Below the pieces are notes generated by a model. That model had not been told where the DNA came from, did not search any database, and was given only the letters and a program-made list of their open reading frames with translations. Below, one piece after another: positions 62,841 to 64,000 of a stretch of DNA of 64,000 nucleotides. Source of the stretch: Antedon mediterranea (taxonomy: Eukaryota > Animalia > Echinodermata); the NCBI RefSeq assembly GCF_964355755.1, contig NC_092672.1:10106001-10170000 (forward strand), given 5' to 3'. The translations under genes and the position numbers were made by a program. Positions within the stretch are counted from its first letter, which is position 1, and each line of letters starts with the position of its first letter.

Positions 62841-64000
62841 CTAAAATGCCTATAAGCCTACACTGTGGCATAGCCGGGATTGAAGAATGGTTTAATCTTT
62901 CTGAGATAGGTGGGTGAAATGCAAGAACTTTGTGGAAATAACATTATAGCCAAATCCTACGTTGTTTTTACAAACAGTGAGTGCAGTTAGCACACACTAT
63001 ATGCAACGTGGTTGCAACTATGCAGTTCATTTAGCCTACTATCGTTATCTTTACAGTATTATTTCAGTTGTATTGTATTATGGTACGATTTATGCTTAAA
63101 TCTAAATTTCAATAACTTTGATCTGTTCTCTGTTACTCACTTCCATACGACTTTAGAAAGATCGAGGACCAAGTTTAACCGACGAGTCTACAGTATAGAG
63201 AACCATAGAAACAGAGGTAAACATCTGTATCAAACATAATTATACTGTGCTGTTCTTATTCCAGCAAATAATGGCATTAATACGCATTACAAATAACTGG
63301 ACTAGTATTTTAAAGTACCTTAAAGCAATTAGTAGATGTAGCATCAAATTGAAACTCTTGATAGGCTATATACATATATAGCCTACTTGCCATATATACT
63401 TGCCATAAGTATAAAACGTGATGTGTAGGCCTACATTATTTGTGACAATCGAGTCGGTTTGTTAGCAAATTTTATTTTGCCAAGCAAACTTTTATTATGA
63501 TTAATATCATAATCTCTTTTGATAGTTATAATATAAAACATTAAAAAAATCCCATAATGAATTCACTACGGTTTTTGTTCAATATGTAGCCATGGCGACG
63601 AACATTTCAACAGTTAATAATCTTGATATACGTCGCATTGAATCATTGTGCTTGATCTATTCTTGTTTCTGTTTTTAATTTACGTATTTCTTCTTCCAAT
63701 TCAGTATTACAAAAAAAATACTCATTGAACTTTTTGACCATTTTGACTTATATAATGGCAGTTTTCTATATTAAAACGGGCTTACATATACGAATAACGA
63801 ATAGTATACTGGTTCATGTGTAGGCCTACCTGTATTTTATTCATTACTATTCCATGATACAAGCCACTATTCATCCCATGTTACAACTGTATCAAAGCAA
63901 TACTATTAGTAAGATATGCACGTTTTGTTTCAATTTGGGAAGATGTTTTAAACACCTCTTATCTAAATGTATTCAATCCTTTAACGAATATTCAATATTA

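Noticed and set aside
46640-64000. Missing 5' exons of the second OB copy, or further caspase exons
   Set aside because: No sequence similar to 31642-35754 or to caspase exons was recognisable by eye; short ORFs here are low-complexity or repeat-derived

Overview
AT-rich, intron-containing animal genomic DNA, probably from an invertebrate; it is not prokaryotic. All recognisable host genes lie on the minus strand. In transcription order (right to left) they are: (1) a pseudogenised 3' remnant of a tandem OB-fold gene (~45.8-43.9 kb); (2) a CARD-only paralogue made of caspase exons 1-3 (~38.8-37.1 kb); (3) an intact gene with 7 coding exons for a ~316-aa tandem OB-fold protein resembling both RPA/SSB OB folds and the HIN-200 domain of AIM2/IFI16 (35752-29128); (4) an intact ~453-aa CARD-caspase with caspase-9 hallmarks (CDS 21389-6888; THG, QACRG, DETD/AIGS). 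The arrangement comes from a tandem segmental duplication of [OB gene 3' part + intergenic + caspase 5' part], which placed a divergent CARD ~1.3 kb upstream of the OB gene. Splice sites there would allow an in-frame CARD-OB fusion, an AIM2-like architecture next to its cognate caspase. This is the main hypothesis and needs RNA evidence. The rest is a dense mosaic of mobile DNA: self-nested MITEs with 5-bp TSDs, Mutator-like nests, a Penelope fragment with hammerhead ribozyme motifs, CR1/L2 LINE pieces, SINEs, DINE-1-like repeats, a ~1-kb foldback element built from a 21-bp satellite, and minisatellites. Exon models were derived by hand from GT/AG signals and frame continuity; no database search was run.
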